64,000 nt of DNA from Selaginella moellendorffii (taxonomy: Eukaryota > Plantae > Lycopodiophyta): positions 134,115 to 198,114 of the forward strand of contig NW_003314319.1 of the NCBI RefSeq assembly GCF_000143415.4. Reading direction: 5' to 3'. The position numbers and the translations under genes are program-made. The notes below the pieces were generated by a model. The model worked only from the letters and a program-made list of their open reading frames with translations. It was not told the origin of the DNA and searched no databases. Position 1 is the first letter of the stretch. Each line of letters starts with the position of its first letter. Positions 21,973 to 37,128 of this stretch are shown in pieces.

Positions 21973-24327
21973 TTAACTTACGATAATCGATTCCCCAGAT
22001 CCCGCTGCCGCAATCACGTCTCCCATCTTCCTCCTGACGCGAGCAGCCTCCTCCTGCCTCCCTGCCGCCACGTAAATGTTGGACAGCAGCACATACGGCG
22101 CCTCGTTGAGCGGCTCCAGGCGGAAGAGCACCTCGGCCACACGAGCCCCGCGCTCGACATCGTTGTGTGCCTTGCAAGCCGCCAGCAAGCCCATCCACGC
22201 CACGAACTCGGCCTCGAACGGCATCACCGCCAGGAGCTCCTCAGCCTCCGCCAGCCTGCCCGCCCGGCCCAGCACCGTCGCCATGCACACGTAGTCCTCC
22301 AACTTGGCTGGCGCGCCGCAGTCCCTCGTCAAGCAGCCGAAGTAGTGCCGCGCCGACTCCAACAGCCCCGCCTGCGAGCACGCCGTGAGGACCGTCCCGT
22401 AGATGAAGCTGCTGGCCTGGACGCCTTCCAGCTCCATGCTCCGGCACATCTCCACGGCCTCGCCACCCCGGCCGTGCTGCGTGTAGGCGGCGATGAGAGT
22501 GCTCCAGGACATTGTGTCTCTCACCTCCATCTCGGCAAACACGCTCCTGGCATCGCCCAAGCTCCCACACCGAGCGTAGAGGTTGACGAGGGACGTCTGG
22601 ACGACGCTGTCAGTGTGGAAACCGGCGGAGGTTACTTGCGAGTGGAGAGACTTCGCGAGGCTCAAGTCGGTGACACCTTGCTGGACGTAGGCCGAGATCA
22701 TGGCGCTCCAGGAGACCGCGTCCTTCACAGCCATGGCGTCGAAGATCTTCCTGGCCGCGTCTCCGTCACCACACTTGGCGTACATGTTGAGCAGAGCGTT
22801 CTGGAGCACCTCGTCCGTCGCAAGGCCCGTGGTAGTGGAAGCCAGCTTCTCGTGGACGGCCCGGCCTTCTTCCGCATTGCCGAGGCTGGCGCAGGCGCTC
22901 AAGACACTGGCCAGGGTGACGGCGTTGGGAGCCACGTCCATGGCTTTGTAGAGCTGGATCGCCTCCTCGCTGTGCCGGTGGTGCGCGTAGGAGGAGATCA
23001 TCGCGGTCCAGGAAACCACGTTCCGGATCTTCATCCTGTCGAAGACTTTGCGGGCGCTGTCGACGCTGCCGCACTTCCCATACAAGCTCACCAGCGCGTT
23101 CGCCACCGCTAAGTCCGGTTTGTAACCCGCGGCTTTCATCTGTGCGTGGACGGCCTTGCCTTCTTCGAGAGCTCCTAAGCTGGAGCACGCGCTGAGGACG
23201 CTGGCAAACGTGATCCCATTCGGCTCCACGCCCTCGGACCCCATCTTCCGGTAGAGATCCAGCGCCTCGCGAGGGTGGCCCTTCCGGACGTAAGCGCTGA
23301 TGATCCCAGTCCAGGAGACCACTGTCCGCTGCTTCATCCCGTCGAAGACTTCGCGAGCTTCCGTGATGCTCCCACACTTTGCGTACATGTTGACGAGGGA
23401 GTTTTCAGCAGCGGCGTCGAACTGGAAGCCAGCGTCCACCATCTGCCGGTGGACTTCCTTCCCCTGCTCCAGAGCCTCCACAGCCGAGCACGCAGCCAAC
23501 ACCGTCGTGTAAGTGATCGCGTTTGGCTCCACCGGCGGCGACGACGATCCCATGCTCTTGAACAGCTCGATGGCTTCTCGGGGATGGCCGCTCTGCGAGT
23601 ACGCCACGATCATGCTGTTCCAGAAGAGCACGTCCTTCCAGCGGCAGTCGTCAAACACCTCCCTCGACTCCTTCAAGCTCCCACACTTGGCGAACATCGT
23701 CACCAAAGCCGAGTCCACGAAAACATCCGGCTTGAGCCAGATCCTCTTCATGTGTGCGTGGATCTCCTTGCCAACTTCCAGAGCTCGCGGACCCAAGCTC
23801 GAGCAGGCGTTGAGCACGGCCGAGAACGTAAATCCGTCTGGATCGATCGCCATGGCCTTGTAGAGCTTGATCGCTTCTCTCGCGAGCCCGTGCCTCACGT
23901 ATCCAGCGATCATCTTACTCCAGGAGATGGAATCCCTCCTCCGCATCCCATCAAAGACCTTCTTTGCGTCCTCCAAGCTCCCACACTTGGAGTACATTTG
24001 CACCAGATGGTTCCCAACGTAGACATTCTCGTAGTACCCGTTCTTGACGACGTGCTCGTGGATCTTCTTCCCCGCCGCAAGCTCGCCGCAATCTCGCAGC
24101 AGATTCCCGTAGGCCGGGGCGCAATCCTCCTGCTGGTGGCTGTCGATCCACACCAGCGCATTGTCGAGGCCGCCGGGCAATGCCGATTTGCCTTGCTGCT
24201 GGCGCCGATTGTCGAAGAATGTGCTGTGCCTGCCGGATCGCTTGGCCTTACCTGGAGCGAGCCGGGTGCTGAAATCGCGAGAGACGATCGAGGCACCGCG
24301 CACGAGCACGACCTTCCGCCAGGGCAT
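21973..24327 (-). CDS. PLS-class PPR protein with E domain, no DYW (organellar RNA-editing factor type)
   Basis: 784 aa ORF; repeated MYAKCGS..A..VFD.M...VVSW; ends MPFE....W..LL.ACK.H.D...G...E.L..LEP....YVLLSNIY. Confidence 0.95.
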   Translation of the reverse strand: MPWRKVVLVRGASIVSRDFSTRLAPGKAKRSGRHSTFFDNRRQQQGKSALPGGLDNALVWIDSHQQEDCAPAYGNLLRDCGELAAGKKIHEHVVKNGYYENVYVGNHLVQMYSKCGSLEDAKKVFDGMRRRDSISWSKMIAGYVRHGLAREAIKLYKAMAIDPDGFTFSAVLNACSSLGPRALEVGKEIHAHMKRIWLKPDVFVDSALVTMFAKCGSLKESREVFDDCRWKDVLFWNSMIVAYSQSGHPREAIELFKSMGSSSPPVEPNAITYTTVLAACSAVEALEQGKEVHRQMVDAGFQFDAAAENSLVNMYAKCGSITEAREVFDGMKQRTVVSWTGIISAYVRKGHPREALDLYRKMGSEGVEPNGITFASVLSACSSLGALEEGKAVHAQMKAAGYKPDLAVANALVSLYGKCGSVDSARKVFDRMKIRNVVSWTAMISSYAHHRHSEEAIQLYKAMDVAPNAVTLASVLSACASLGNAEEGRAVHEKLASTTTGLATDEVLQNALLNMYAKCGDGDAARKIFDAMAVKDAVSWSAMISAYVQQGVTDLSLAKSLHSQVTSAGFHTDSVVQTSLVNLYARCGSLGDARSVFAEMEVRDTMSWSTLIAAYTQHGRGGEAVEMCRSMELEGVQASSFIYGTVLTACSQAGLLESARHYFGCLTRDCGAPAKLEDYVCMATVLGRAGRLAEAEELLAVMPFEAEFVAWMGLLAACKAHNDVERGARVAEVLFRLEPLNEAPYVLLSNIYVAAGRQEEAARVRRKMGDVIAAAGSGESIIVS

Positions 24328-24551
24328 GCTAGAACCCTAACTGGCCATGGCCGGTAGTAAAACCCTGGAATATTTAAAAGATGCCGGAAATGTTTAAGCG
24401 CTGTTTTGTTTGACCAAATAGGAAAGATTCCATTATAATGAAAGCTCATATGCCTTCGCCCTTGTCTCAATGAGTGGTCCTCATCATCATATCGCAAAAC
24501 AAATGGAAGGTCGATCTTGACGATGAAAGCTTTGTTTTTACCAATGTCTAG

Positions 24552-26385
<1,834 letters not shown>

Positions 26386-27791
26386 ACCAAAGCGAGCAGG
26401 CCGGCAAAGGCCCTCTAGAGTAATGCGGTTCTTTCCTCGCAGATAATTTGGTACTGGGTCGTTCCTTTCAAAGTTATTATTAATGGGTGTCACCCGTGAT
26501 GGGGTGTCCACTGCTTTTCAGCTATGTGCAGATTGGACACACTCACTCACGCAGCAGTGGCTGTACGTACGAGTATTCAGAGCAAAAAAAATATATTGAA
26601 AAAGAAAGTCACACACACACTCGGTAGCGTTCTATCAGATCAAGCCAGCCAGCCGGCCAGCCAGCCATTTCGAAGGATCCAATCGGCGAGAGAGATTGGT
26701 TCAACCATTCTATCATGTAAAAAAAGGTATGAGTTGTTTCCCGATTCTAGCTAGAGATTAGGCTCGTCTTTCCAGGGGCGAGTTTTCGATCTTTGTTTTG
26801 CTACTAGTTCGTACTCTGATAAGACTGATAAGCTCGGGGTCTCTGTTTGTCCTTGCGCACAGGGGGAAATTTTTGTAGAGATTGATCGGTCGGCCATGAA
26901 GAAGGAAAAGAAGAAGACAGACGCGGAAAAGAGAAGAATAACGAGATGGTGGAAACAGAAGCGTAGGCTCGGTGGTTCGTGGTTTTTGTCAACGAAAGAA
27001 GGCCCCGTGAATAGAAGGAGCGAGGAGAAGAAGAGAAAATAAAAGGATGAAGAGAGCTCTGAGCTATGGCGGAGTGGAGGTCGCGATAGAGACTCCCAAG
27101 CGAACAAGAGAGAGAGAGAGGGAGCTGGAGAAATAAAAATGGTGGTGGATGGATCGATCTCCATTCAAGGCTTTTAATTTCATGTGTGGAAATGGGGACA
27201 ACCCTGAAGTAAATGCCTAAGTATTGCGAGTGTGGTGTTTGGCCTTCTCCCGTGTGGCGCATCGCGGGAGCGCCATAGGTAGAGGAAAGCGCCGATCGAT
27301 CCATCCGGGGGCCCGGCGGCGGCGAATCGATTCGAGCATTGGAATTTGGTCGCGGCGCCAGATCGTGGTAAGCGGAGCCTCTCTTTTCACCTTCTTGTTT
27401 GTGGAGCCCTACGATCTAGGAGAGCGAGAGGGAAAATTCTTGGCGCTAGGCTACGCGTCGCGTTTAGGGGCGCGCGATTGTGGCTGCCTGCCAGGTCTCC
27501 TCCGCCTCCTCAATCCCTCCTCCCTCTCTCGGAAGATCCTCTCTCTTGTGCTAGATAGAAAGATCGCCGCTCCATCTGTCCTCTTGCGCTTGTAGCCGTT
27601 TGATTGCCAGCGTCTGATGCGCCTCGCCTTGGCTGCTTGTGCGCAGATCGGATCGTGAGGAATCCGCATTGCCAGCGACGGGATTCTTCGCTCGCATCGA
27701 CATGGATCGCAGCTTCTCGCCGTGGAAAGGATGCCGTCGCCAGTGTTACAGTGGATGGTTCTTGGAGGATGGGAATGCTTAGGCGTTGCCC

Positions 27792-30700
27792 ATGTCTGGT
27801 TTCCTCTCCAAGATCAAGGCTCGTCTCGAACCAGGCCAACACTCCACTTTCAAGGAGCCGGGTAGTTTGTTTTTCTTCTTTTCTTTTCCTTGAGTTTCGT
27901 TCTTCTGGGGTATAGGATGGGTACGAGCAGCGCTGGAGGAAAACACGGACGAGCAACAAGAGGTATGTACACTATACACTAGTTTTTTTTTTTTTTTTCC
28001 TGTTCTTTGTTTCTTTGATGTGAGCGTTGTTCCATGCTTTAGCAGGAGTCGGAGGACGCACCGCCTCCTCCTTTGCTAGTGGATTTGGTGGAGCGGATGG
28101 AACGCGTGAGTCTTGATTCTTCTCCGGTCGAGCATGCGGCAGACGCAGTATCCGATCGTGACAACTCGTCACCTCAGAACGCGTCACAGGAAATGTGGGA
28201 GCTGGACAAGTTCGACAGCGTGCTGCCGGATGGCTTTTTCTCGATCATTCCCGTAAGTTTGTAAGTTTGTGAACTTCGTGCGAAGCTATTTTGGTTTTGT
28301 GTTTTTTGCAGCACGATAACTCGAAGGTTCGCCGGCCGACGCTTCCTAGTGTGGCGGAACTACGCGATGCCGATTGTGCGATTTGGGATGTTATCCTGGT
28401 GGATCCTAGACGGGACAAATTGCTTGTCAGGTTGAAGGAGCTTTGCCTTGAGATTGTCAAGGAGGTCGACCCGAACAGTGCAGACGCCATCCGAAGAGTT
28501 GCTGGCATGGTAATCTTTTTTTTCTAACTTCTTGAAGCAACATCTGAAAGAGCTTCTTGCAGGTTGCGGACTTCTATGGTGGTCCTCTCTTTGAAACAGG
28601 CTACTCAAAGGAGATAAGCTCAGACGCGGGTGTGACTTTGCTAAGTCAAGTTAAAATTGGTTTGTGCCGTCCACGTGCGCTGCTTTTCAAGTACCTTGCA
28701 GATGCTATTGGACTAAAGAGCCGTCTTTTGATGGTATGTTCTTATGCTGTTCATATTGCGGCTTAACGTTTTCTCTCTTTTGCCAGGGTTTGCAACTGGA
28801 TTCTGTTCCCAGCACGTCATTGATATGTTCGAATCCAAGACGACATTTGACAAACGTTGTGCATTTAAACGGGAAGGAGTTGCTTGTAGATGTGATGCGC
28901 CATCCGGGACTCTTGAGATCCTTCACAGTTAAAGCTTTAGTCATGTACCATATTTCTGGACCTGGGGATAGCGATTCTACAGAGTACGATTCGTGCGATT
29001 CTCCACTCGAGCCTAACAGTCCTCTTTTTTTCGGTCCACCTGAAAGGTAACTTCATATATTGCGATGCAGTTTAAATTTTTTTTTTTTCTTGCTTCTAGC
29101 CCCTCTCAGAGCGAGCCGGACGTGAACAACCTATTGTCCCGTCATAACCGGAGGAAAAGCATGTCTGATGACCGTGGGAACAAATCAAGGTGTGCATTGA
29201 ACTGTACGTCGGTTCCAGTTCAAATTTGAGTTGACATTGTTGGCAGTAATTTTTAACTACAAAGTGAATGGCTTTTGACAGTCCTGAACTTCCATCCGAA
29301 GTAAAGTATTTTCAGAGGAGACATAATATGGTGGACGGTGCTCGAAGTTTTCCCTCAAGGTGGTATGATCATTTACTTTTGTTTTTCTTTAGTTAACTTT
29401 TGTCATTTATGTATGACACAGTCCAGAGCATCCCCAGGCTCGCCTTCGTTCTTTCCGGCCTATTAAATCTCAAGACGGCAGCAATTCGAGGTCAGACATA
29501 GACTAATCTTTTCCTTCTCATTCTTTTGTTTTGATCTTAACAGTAGTCCAGAAACCGGTGTGAGAATACGAGCACCATCAATTTTGAGTGGTAGTAGAAG
29601 GCTTCCCGATGAAGAGCGAACAACAAGTACATCCAGGTAGTCTCTCGCGTGAGAATTTTCATAACACTTTTAAGTTTTTGCAGTCCTGATAATTCTCCCC
29701 AGCATGAAAATATATCGGTCTCCAACTTTAGGAGGCGTTCTTCGTCATTCTGCGTTCGAGAGGCTGAAAGGATAACCAGTTCTTCTTCGGAGACTCGAAG
29801 AGTTAGGAAACGAACAAATGCTCCTGAAATCAGCGATGACGTAGTGAGGTAGAATTCGACTTTTTATTTGATGATTTATTTTTTGAATTTTAAAAGGGTC
29901 GTGCGTGCTATCAACGAGGTAGTTAAACAAGGGAAAAAAGCGAGCGAGCAGGAAGCACAAGCAAGACTGGTTAGCTGCTTTTTTTATAGTATGACTTTTA
30001 ACAGTCTCCCACAGGAAGAAGCTGTTAGCGAACCGAATTCATTAAAGCTGTGTGGAAGTTCATCTTCTACACAATCGTTTTCTAGTGATCCGGCTAGGAT
30101 CTCTAGAGATTTTGGAAAGGAGTGCGGATCCTCTACGTCAATCAATGAACTCCTTCCAAATCATCCGATAATGCCGTACACAGAGTGGACTATTAACTTC
30201 ACGGAGCTACGTATCGGCATTCGTATTGGGATTGGTAACTTCAAGCGTGTTACATTTTCTGTGTCCTTGATGCTAGAAAGCTAATGTTACAGGATCTTTT
30301 GGTGAAGTCTTTCGTGCGACTTGGCGAGGTACGGAGGTTGCTGTGAAGGTCATGCTTGAGCAAGACCTTACACGGGAGAACACCGAAGATTTTTTCAACG
30401 AGATCTCTCTCTTGAGGCAAGTTGCATTCTTTCATTTTCCTATATCCTCGTAACCTTGATTTTACCTGGACATGAACAGCCGGCTACGGCATCCTAATGG
30501 CAAGTGCTTTCATCTCTTTCTTTGTCGTTGATCTGATATGCTTACTCACAGTCATCTTGTTCATGGGAGCATGCACGAGTCCTCCTCACCTGTCAATGGT
30601 TACCGAATACATGCATATGGGCTCACTCTATCGCCTCATCCATATGAGCGGACAAGGAAAGAAGCTAAGCTGGCGAAGAAGACTGAAAATGCTACGAGAT

Positions 30701-31375
30701 ATCTGCAGGTATCTTTCGCGCTTTCCCTCTACTGGTTATTACTCTCTAACGCAGAGACGCCGTGATTTATTCAGGGGGATGATGTGCGTCCAACGCATGA
30801 ACATCATCCACCGGGACTTGAAGAGCGCAAACTGCCTAGTGGACAAGCACTGGTGCGTGAAAATATGTGATTTCGGCTTATCGCGGCTCACCACCGGGAC
30901 TCCTATCCAAGAGACGACTGCCGCTGGCACGCCCGAATGGATGGCTCCGGAGCTCCTTCGCAACGAACCCGTCTCCTACAAGTGCGATATATTCAGCCTG
31001 GGAGTGATAATGTGGGAGCTGTGTACTCTGAAGAAGCCGTGGGATGGTGTCCAGCCTTTACAGGCAAGTAACTCTTTACTCCTCTCTTTGTTTCGCGAAA
31101 CTTAGCTCCTTGTTCTTCCTTCCAGGTCGTGCACGAAGTCTCTGTGAAACGATCCCGTCTGGAAATTCCTCAAGGCCTCCTTGGAAAGCTCATCGCTGGT
31201 AAGAAGATCTCGAGGATTTTTCTTCGATCTTTGTGTTCTTCGTGGTTGATCTTTGTGTTCTTTGTGGGGTTCTTAACGCTGTCTTCCAGATTGCTGGCAA
31301 GAGAACCCACAGGAGAGGCCAAGCTACGATGAAATACTCACTCGTCTCCACGAGTGTGAGTTTTTGCTCGGCTAG
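27792..31375 (+). CDS. Raf-like MAPKKK with EDR1-type N-terminal domain (subgroup B), multi-exon
   Basis: LPDGFFS, VILVD...D, GLCRPRALLFK.LAD, IGIGSFGEV, VAVK, HRDLKSAN, DFG, GTPEWMAPE. Start 27792 (MSGFLSK) deduced from splice phases; the ATG at 27917 is out of frame. Confidence 0.9.
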
Positions 31376-31765
31376 AAAGGAAATATCTTTGCTCTCACAG
31401 TTTTGGTCCCCTTTTTCCAACATTGTACAATCAGTGACGAATAATAAACGCGGCATATTTTTCATGTGGAAATATTTTAGGGTTAGGTTAACCGGCGACG
31501 ACGAGCTCTCATTTTTTTCGCTCTTTTGCGGCAGGAGGCCGACGACGCTCGCCGATAGCGCCTCCAATCGATATCTCGGATTCGCGGCCAGGGATTGCGA
31601 GATTGATGCGCGCTCCAGCTCGCGCGGTGCCGCGCGAATTTCCAGGGATTATAGGCTACGTCAGCTGAGTAATCCATCGCTGGAGCTCGTGCGCGAGCAT
31701 AGGGTAAGCGGCGAGGCGCCCGCATTCTAGGGTTCTTCGGCATTCCAGTGCGGTCCTAGGAAGCG

Positions 31766-34700
31766 ATGAAGAAGCCAGCGCCGGCCTTGATTCCTGCGGA
31801 TGAGGAGGCGGCGGCGGTGGCGCAGCAGCGATTGGCAGCGGCTGACGCCGGCGGCGCCATGGATAGCTCGTCTGTCTCGGCGTCATCTCGCGCGGCTCGG
31901 GGTGGCGACAACGGCGCTGGCGACGAGCAGCCGCGGGAGGGCGGGCAGGAGTCCGTGGTGGTGGAGCGGCGGGGCGATTTTGCGGTGGTGTGTAAGTGGA
32001 CGATCGTCCAGTTCTCCAAGGTCAAGGCCCGCTCGCTGTGGAGCAAGTACTTCCAGGTCGGGGGCTACGATTGCCGGCTGCTCGTCTATCCCCGCGGCGA
32101 CTCGCAGGCCCTTCCCGGATACCTCTCGATCTATCTCCAGGTGACCGATCCCTCGTCATCGTCAAAGTGGGATTGCTTCGCCAGCTACAGGCTTTGCGTC
32201 GTCAACCAGCGCGACGAGAGCAAGTCCATCCAGCGGGACTCGTGGCACCGGTTCTCCGTGAAGAAGAAGTCGCATGGATGGTGTGATTTCACGCCGTCGA
32301 CCGTGGTGCTGGATCCCAAGAGCGGGTTTCTTGTCAACGAGTCGGTGCTCATCACGACGGAGATCCTCATCCTCAGCGAGGTGACGAGCTTCAACCGCGA
32401 CAACAACGACCTCCTCTTGGCTCCCCCGCCCGAGGCTCTCAGTGGCAAGTTTACGTGGAAGGTCCAGAACTTGTCGCTCTTCCGGGACATGATCAAGACG
32501 CAGAAGATCATGAGCCCCGTGTTCACTGCCGGGGAATGCAACCTCCGGCTCAGCGTTTATCAGTCGTCGGTTGGCGGTGTGGAGTACCTGTCGATGTGCC
32601 TCGAGAGCAAGGACACGGAGAAGACGTCGTCCTCGTCGGAGCGGAGCTGCTGGTGCCTCTTCCGGATGTCGGTGCTAAACCAGAAGCCCGGGCTGAGCCA
32701 CATGCACAGAGACTCGTATGGGCGCTTTGCCGGGGACAACAAGAGTGGGGACAACACCAGCCTGGGATGGAACGACTATATGAAGATCTCCGATTTCATG
32801 GCTCCGGAGATGGGCTACCTCGTTGACGATTCCGCGACTTTTACTGCGTCCTTCCACGTGATAAAAGAGTCGAGCAGCTTTGTCAAGACGCCCATCGGCA
32901 ACCGCTCCGTGAGGAAGAGTGACGGGTACCAGGGGAAGTTTCTTTGGAAGATCGAGAACTTTACCAAGCTCAAAGATCTGCTGAAGAAGCGGAGGATCAC
33001 GGGGCTTTGCATTAAGAGCAAGCGATTTCAAGTTGGCAATCGGGACTGTCGTCTTATTGTCTATCCTCGAGGTATGTAACTGTTTATCTCTGCTCTACGA
33101 CCTGACGTGTTTTTGTAAAATGCAGGACAATCGCAGCCGCCCTGCCATCTTTCTATGTTTCTGGAGGTTACGGACTCCAGAAATTCGTCGGCAGATTGGA
33201 GCTGTTTCGTTAGCCACCGCCTTTCTGTGGTTAATCATCGTGAGGAGCGCTCCGTTATCAAGGAGTCTCAGAACCGATATTGTAAGGCTGCTAAGGACTG
33301 GGGGTGGCGTGAGTTTATCACACTCACCAACCTTTTCGACCAGGATTCTGGTTTTCTTGTTCAGGACATGGTCACATTTTCTGCAGAAGTACTAATTTTG
33401 AAGGAGACATCAATGATCACTCCCGACTGTGAAGGGAAGTCAGGTGTCAATGGGATGGAATGTGGAGCTAACCAGGGGATGTTTACCTGGAGAGTTGAGA
33501 ACTTTTTGGCTTTCAAAGAGATCATGGAAACTCGGAAGATATTCAGCAAGTTTTTCCAGGCTGGGGGCTGCGAACTTCGAATCGGTACGCATAACTTTGG
33601 AATTATACTTTTATTTATTCAACAATGTGCCTGGCTGCATGAACAGGTGTTTACGAATCTTTTGACACACTGTGCATTTATTTGGAGAGCGATCAGTCCC
33701 CTGGTACCGATCCTGACCGCAATTTCTGGGTCCGGTACCGTATGGCGGTCGTAAATCAGAAACACGCCGATCGAACTGTTTGGAAGGAGTCCTCCATCTG
33801 TACAAAAACGTGGAATAACTCCGTGCTCCAGTTTATGAAGGTTTCCGACATGGTGGAGCCAGACGGTGGGTTTATGATGCGTGACACCATCGTATTTGTT
33901 TGCGAGATTCTGGACTGTTGCCCGTGGTTTGAGTTCTCGGATTTGGAGGTATGTTTACTTGCCGTTTTTAGCAAATCATGCTGTGGTGTTGCAGGTTTTA
34001 GTCTCCGATGATGACCAAGATGCTCTTTCGACTGATCCGGATGAGTTACTGGAGTCTGACGACTCCGACGGTAGCAGCGAAGACGAAGAAGATATTTTCA
34101 GGAACTTACTTGCAAGAGCAGGCTTTCATATGAGCTACGGTGACAATCCTCAGCGGCTTCTTGATCCCCGGGAAAAAGTTTCCATGGACGCAGGAGCAGT
34201 CGCAGCATTTCTAACTGATCTCCGTGTATATCTGGACGATCCGGTGAAGGTGAAACGCCTGCTTTTACCCGCTAAAGTCTCCACGGTCGCAAGTTCGTGC
34301 AAGCTGGGGAATGGTAAAGAGGCGACAACTTCTCCTAGTTTGATGAACCTGTTTATGGGAGTCAAGGTGCTTCAACAGGCCATTGTCGATCTTCTGCTGG
34401 ATATAATGGTGGAGTGCTGCCAGCCTGCAGAATCGAAGAAGCATAACGAGCGTCAGAATGGGAAGCTTCAAGCGGTTCCAGAGAGTGCCAAGATTGATCT
34501 CAACTCGAGAGAAGGTGGTACTGCTGCTTTGAATGAAGAGGATTCTGCACAGAGGGTGTTCAACCAGAGGCTGGACGACGCTGCTGATGGCATTGGCTGC
34601 CTACAAGCGGTACAAAGCTGTGAAATAGATGGTAAACGTGTCGCTCAAGTACCTGAATCAGAGCCATCAGTAATCCATTCAAACGAGGTAAGCTAGTCTT

Positions 34701-37128
34701 GAAGTTTCTGTTGGATCGCTAACATGGCCACTCATTGTCTGTGGATTCGAGAAGCTAAGATGGCCTGAACAATCGGAAGAGCTCTTTCGGCTGATCGTGA
34801 ACTCCTTGAGAGCTTTAGATGGGGCTGTTCCACAAGGCTGTCCAGAACCAAGGAGACGACCACAGTCTGCGCAGAAGATGGCTTTGGTCTTAGAGAGGGC
34901 TCCGAAATACCTACAACACGATCTCCTGGCGCTCGTTCCTAAACTTGTGGATCCTTCCGAACATCAATCGGTCGCTTCCACACTTTTAGATTGGCTTCAA
35001 AGAAAGGACACGGACATCAACTTGCGTCTAGCGGTAGGTGCGAAGTCTCTCCATACATTGTTTCTATCGCTCTTTATGTGCAGGGTCTTGGGGCATTGGT
35101 CCAACTTGATCTGAATACGGAAGTTTGGGAACAAATCCTCCAGCACGCGCTGCGGATTTTTGCCCACTCTGAAGACGAGGCTCTGATTATCATCATCACA
35201 TACATTTTTAAAGCTGCCGCCAAGTGTTATCAACTTCCGCAAGCGGTAAGACCAGCTTTTGTCGTGAACCTGATTTAGTGGTTTAATGCTACAGGTGAAA
35301 GCCGTGCGAGGGAGGCTCAAGATGCTAGGGACTAGTGTTTCTCCAAAGGTTCTTGAGGTAGTAAGAGACATGATATTCACTTGTCCTGGTGTGGGAGAAG
35401 CATTACTTAGGGACATCGACGCAGATAGTGAATGCAGTGATAGCGACGGTCTTTCAGTTTTTGGTTATGGGGGACAGGGCGACGCAGCAAGAATCGCAGA
35501 TGTAGATATTCTGTTGGAGATGCTCAACGTTTCTCCTTTCGTAGTAGAAGCTCAACGGTTGATCGAGAGGGTGGTGGCAAGGGGTACCATTAGTAATTCT
35601 TCTGTGTATAAGGTGTTATGCATCCGACGCGTTGGGAAGGCAAAGGATTCCGGGGACGCAGGCAGTGCCTCACGGAGCCCTGACTCAACGTCAAGTCCGG
35701 ACTGCATGTTTACGGCTCTTCTGGCACTCGTGAAAGCAATATCCAGCTCCAAGGATTCCAAGGTTCGTGAATTTGTCAGCACTTTGTACACTGACATGTT
35801 CAAGTTATACTGCGATGACGTCTTGCGGGAACGCATGGTTCGGGGTCTTGTAGAACGTGCGACGAGCAGCAGTAGATGTGGGGACGATGATCAGCTAGAG
35901 ATGAACATTTTGACGCTTTTAGTCAAGCAGGAGGAAGGGAAGGAAGGGAAGGAGTTGAAGATAGTGCCTACCGTGCTGCGTATGATGCGTAAAGCGGTAC
36001 AACAAGCAAACGCCGAGTGCTCTTCAATTCGGCAGCAGCTGTCTGCCCGCGAAGAAGAGCTTGCGAAGGTTCGGAGTGACAAGCAAAATGAAGTCGCCCG
36101 GTTTGCACGAGAGAAGGCTTCGCTTTCGCAGCGTCTCTCAGAAGCTGAGGCTGGACAGTTGCGGGTTAAGGTGCGGTCTCTTTTTGCATGTCGAGTTTCT
36201 AAGTTTGATGTTTTTGTTTTTTGTTTTTCAGTTAGAGCTGAAGGGAGAGATAGAGCGTTTGTCGAGGGATAAAAATGAGGCGATTGAGCGGTTGAGAGAC
36301 ACCGAGAGCCAGCTCGAGTGGTCTCGTTCAGAGCGGGAAGACGAACAAGCCAGCCATGCGTCTGAACGGAAGCGTCTTGAAGACCGATTGCGTGACGCTG
36401 AGTCCCAGATATCGCAATTCAAACGCAAACGCGACGATCTAAAGGTTCGTCTTTCAAAAAGTTTATGCAGTGCTGACGTATCTTTTTCTCTCCTACAGAG
36501 GATTACGAAAGAGAAGACCGCGCTTGCCGAAAGACTGAAGTCCACGGAGGCCGTGTGTGCAAACTACGCCGAAGAGTTCGACCGTCTATCGGCAAAGTCT
36601 GTCACGCGAGACGAGCTGTGCCGGTCGCAGGAAGAGGATATCCGCAACCTAAAGGAAGCGCTAGAGCGCTCCGAGGAAGACAGCCGTGGGAAGGACCTAC
36701 AGATAAGTCAGTACAAATCGTATGCTCACAACATGGACACTACAAACCAGGCACTACAGGTACGTCATCTACAGTTCATTTTGTCACGTCCATTCTGATC
36801 GAGCTCTCTTGCGCAGGAACGCGTCGAGAGCCTGCAGTCGTCGATCCGAGAGGAGCTCCACATGCACGCGCCTCTCTACGGCGTGGGCCTGGAGACGCTC
36901 TCCTTCGGCGAGCTGGAGATTTTGGCGAGAATACACGACGAGGGGCTGAGGCAAGTGAGAGCTCTCCAGATGGCGCTTCGCGGTGACTTGCACGCTGCTC
37001 CTCCGCCGCCGCCGAGGCATTTCGGACTGCCCGCCGTGGCGCGGCCGAGCAGCAACGGCACGGCCGGGTTCCATGGAAGTGGACGCGCCAATGGTACAGT
37101 AAGCTCCTGGTTTCCTTCGACATCATAA
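31766..37128 (+). CDS. large TRAF/MATH protein with four MATH domains and a C-terminal coiled coil
   Basis: Four repeats of W...NF....S..F..G...R...YP/Q with GW.DF/EF motifs; E/K/R-rich coiled-coil tail; LYGVGLETLS..EL..L.RIH.EGL. Confidence 0.92.

Noticed and set aside
22165-24357. Long antisense ORFs (315 and 360 aa) opposite the PPR, and similar ones over the MFS, MATH and germin genes
   Set aside because: Shadow ORFs expected from GC-rich third positions; no recognisable motifs.
27917-27962. ATG 27917 as the kinase start
   Set aside because: Out of phase with the next exon; the frame from 27792 splices correctly.
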